Below, one piece after another: positions 63,407-64,000 of a stretch of 64,000 nt of DNA. The notes under the pieces are model-generated. The model was not told the DNA's origin. It was given only the letters and a program-made list of their open reading frames with translations, and did no database searches. Made by a program: the position numbers and the translations under genes. Numbering within the stretch: the first letter of the stretch is position 1; each line of letters opens with the position of its first letter. Origin of the DNA: Minisyncoccota bacterium (GTDB taxonomy: Bacteria > Patescibacteriota > Minisyncoccia > Phycocordibacterales > UBA6899); assembly GCA_035583355.1 (NCBI GenBank), contig DATEZQ010000003.1, forward strand, positions 65,844-129,843, given 5' to 3'.

Positions 63407-64000
63407 AGAGCGCATACGCTCGCTTTGTTGTAGTGTCGTTGTCTTCTGGTCCAAGGCCTGGATTATCGGTGATGGCTATCGCCACCTCAGTCACACCTGT
63501 TCCATAATTATCCCATTCCCTAATGCGCTTCTCCCTGCGGGGGTTTATCATGAGATACTTGTCAGGATTTTCTGAAAGGTCGAAAAAGTCGTCCGCAAGT
63601 TCTTTGAGTTTCATTGAGCATGAGCGACCAAAAGCCATGACTTCAGTCTGAATACCCGTTTGCGCCTTAAGATGCTCAACGAGCGGAGCAAAGCTGCCAT
63701 CGCCGGAGACGATGATGATCGCATCGAGGCGTGATGCCATGCGTATTGCATCAAGAGTCATCTCAACATCCCAGCTCGTACGCTTGAATTCCATTCCATA
63801 ATCTTGAATTTCTTTTTTACGCACTTCAATTCCAAGCTGATTGAGCGCGCTAAAGAATGAACCCTCGCTTCCATTTGGAGTCGTGATGACATAGGCAAGT
63901 GCACGGATGAGTTGCCTCCCTGCAACTGCTTCCTTGAGAATCGCAGCAAAGTCTACCCTGCTTCCATGAAGATGCTTCGCACTATGATATAAGTTTTGCG
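63405..64000 (-). CDS. NYN-domain (LabA-like) protein, partial; the gene continues beyond the window end. The ORF track calls 63405..63824 from a GTG
   Basis: The in-frame upstream translation continues open to the window edge. LDAIIIVSGDGSFAPLVEHLKAQTGIQTEVMAFG is NYN-like. Confidence 0.55.
   Translation of the reverse strand, partial: QNLYHSAKHLHGSRVDFAAILKEAVAGRQLIRALAYVITTPNGSEGSFFSALNQLGIEVRKKEIQDYGMEFKRTSWDVEMTLDAIRMASRLDAIIIVSGDGSFAPLVEHLKAQTGIQTEVMAFGRSCSMKLKELADDFFDLSENPDKYLMINPRREKRIREWDNYGTGVTEVAIAITDNPGLGPEDNDTTTKRAYAL

Overview
This window contains the chromosomal replication origin region of a small-genome bacterium that uses the standard genetic code. Full-length polA, dnaA, pnp and other genes translate without recoding. 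The core layout on the minus strand is rpmH-rnpA-yidD, then dnaA, then dnaN, with yidC-jag diverging on the plus strand. Perfect DnaA boxes and AT-rich tracts sit both upstream of dnaA and between dnaA and dnaN, which suggests a bipartite oriC.

Left of the origin is a co-oriented housekeeping block: PBP1A, tyrS, yebC, ruvC, ruvB (no ruvA), tdk, a PilB-type type IV pilus ATPase, tsaE, polA, two paralogous secreted GH18 hydrolases and a holA-like gene.

Right of the origin lie several groups:
- A roughly 15 kb head-on block encodes a type IV secretion-like or DNA-uptake-like apparatus: a PrgI/VirB3-like protein, VirB4 split into two ORFs by a frameshift, a VirB6/TrbL-like polytopic protein, and several secreted or membrane-anchored proteins.
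- A plus-strand operon encodes surface proteins built from peptidoglycan-binding and IPT/TIG domains, one carrying a (GGN)14 poly-Gly tract.
- Further right are ksgA, two type IV pilins, pcrA/uvrD, a LysM-M23 peptidase, a ZIP transporter, comM, a dksA-like gene, pnp, a WG-repeat protein and an NYN-domain protein.

The overall content (short YebC, missing ruvA, many pilus and surface genes, leaderless and short-leader starts) is compatible with a Patescibacteria/CPR-like organism, but that is an inference.

The most unusual signal is a multi-copy, roughly 125-nt element with three nested stems. Three clear copies and one degenerate copy lie in 3' or intergenic positions next to DNA-metabolism genes and show compensatory base changes. 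That pattern suggests a previously undescribed structured RNA family. No rRNA, tRNA or CRISPR array was recognised.
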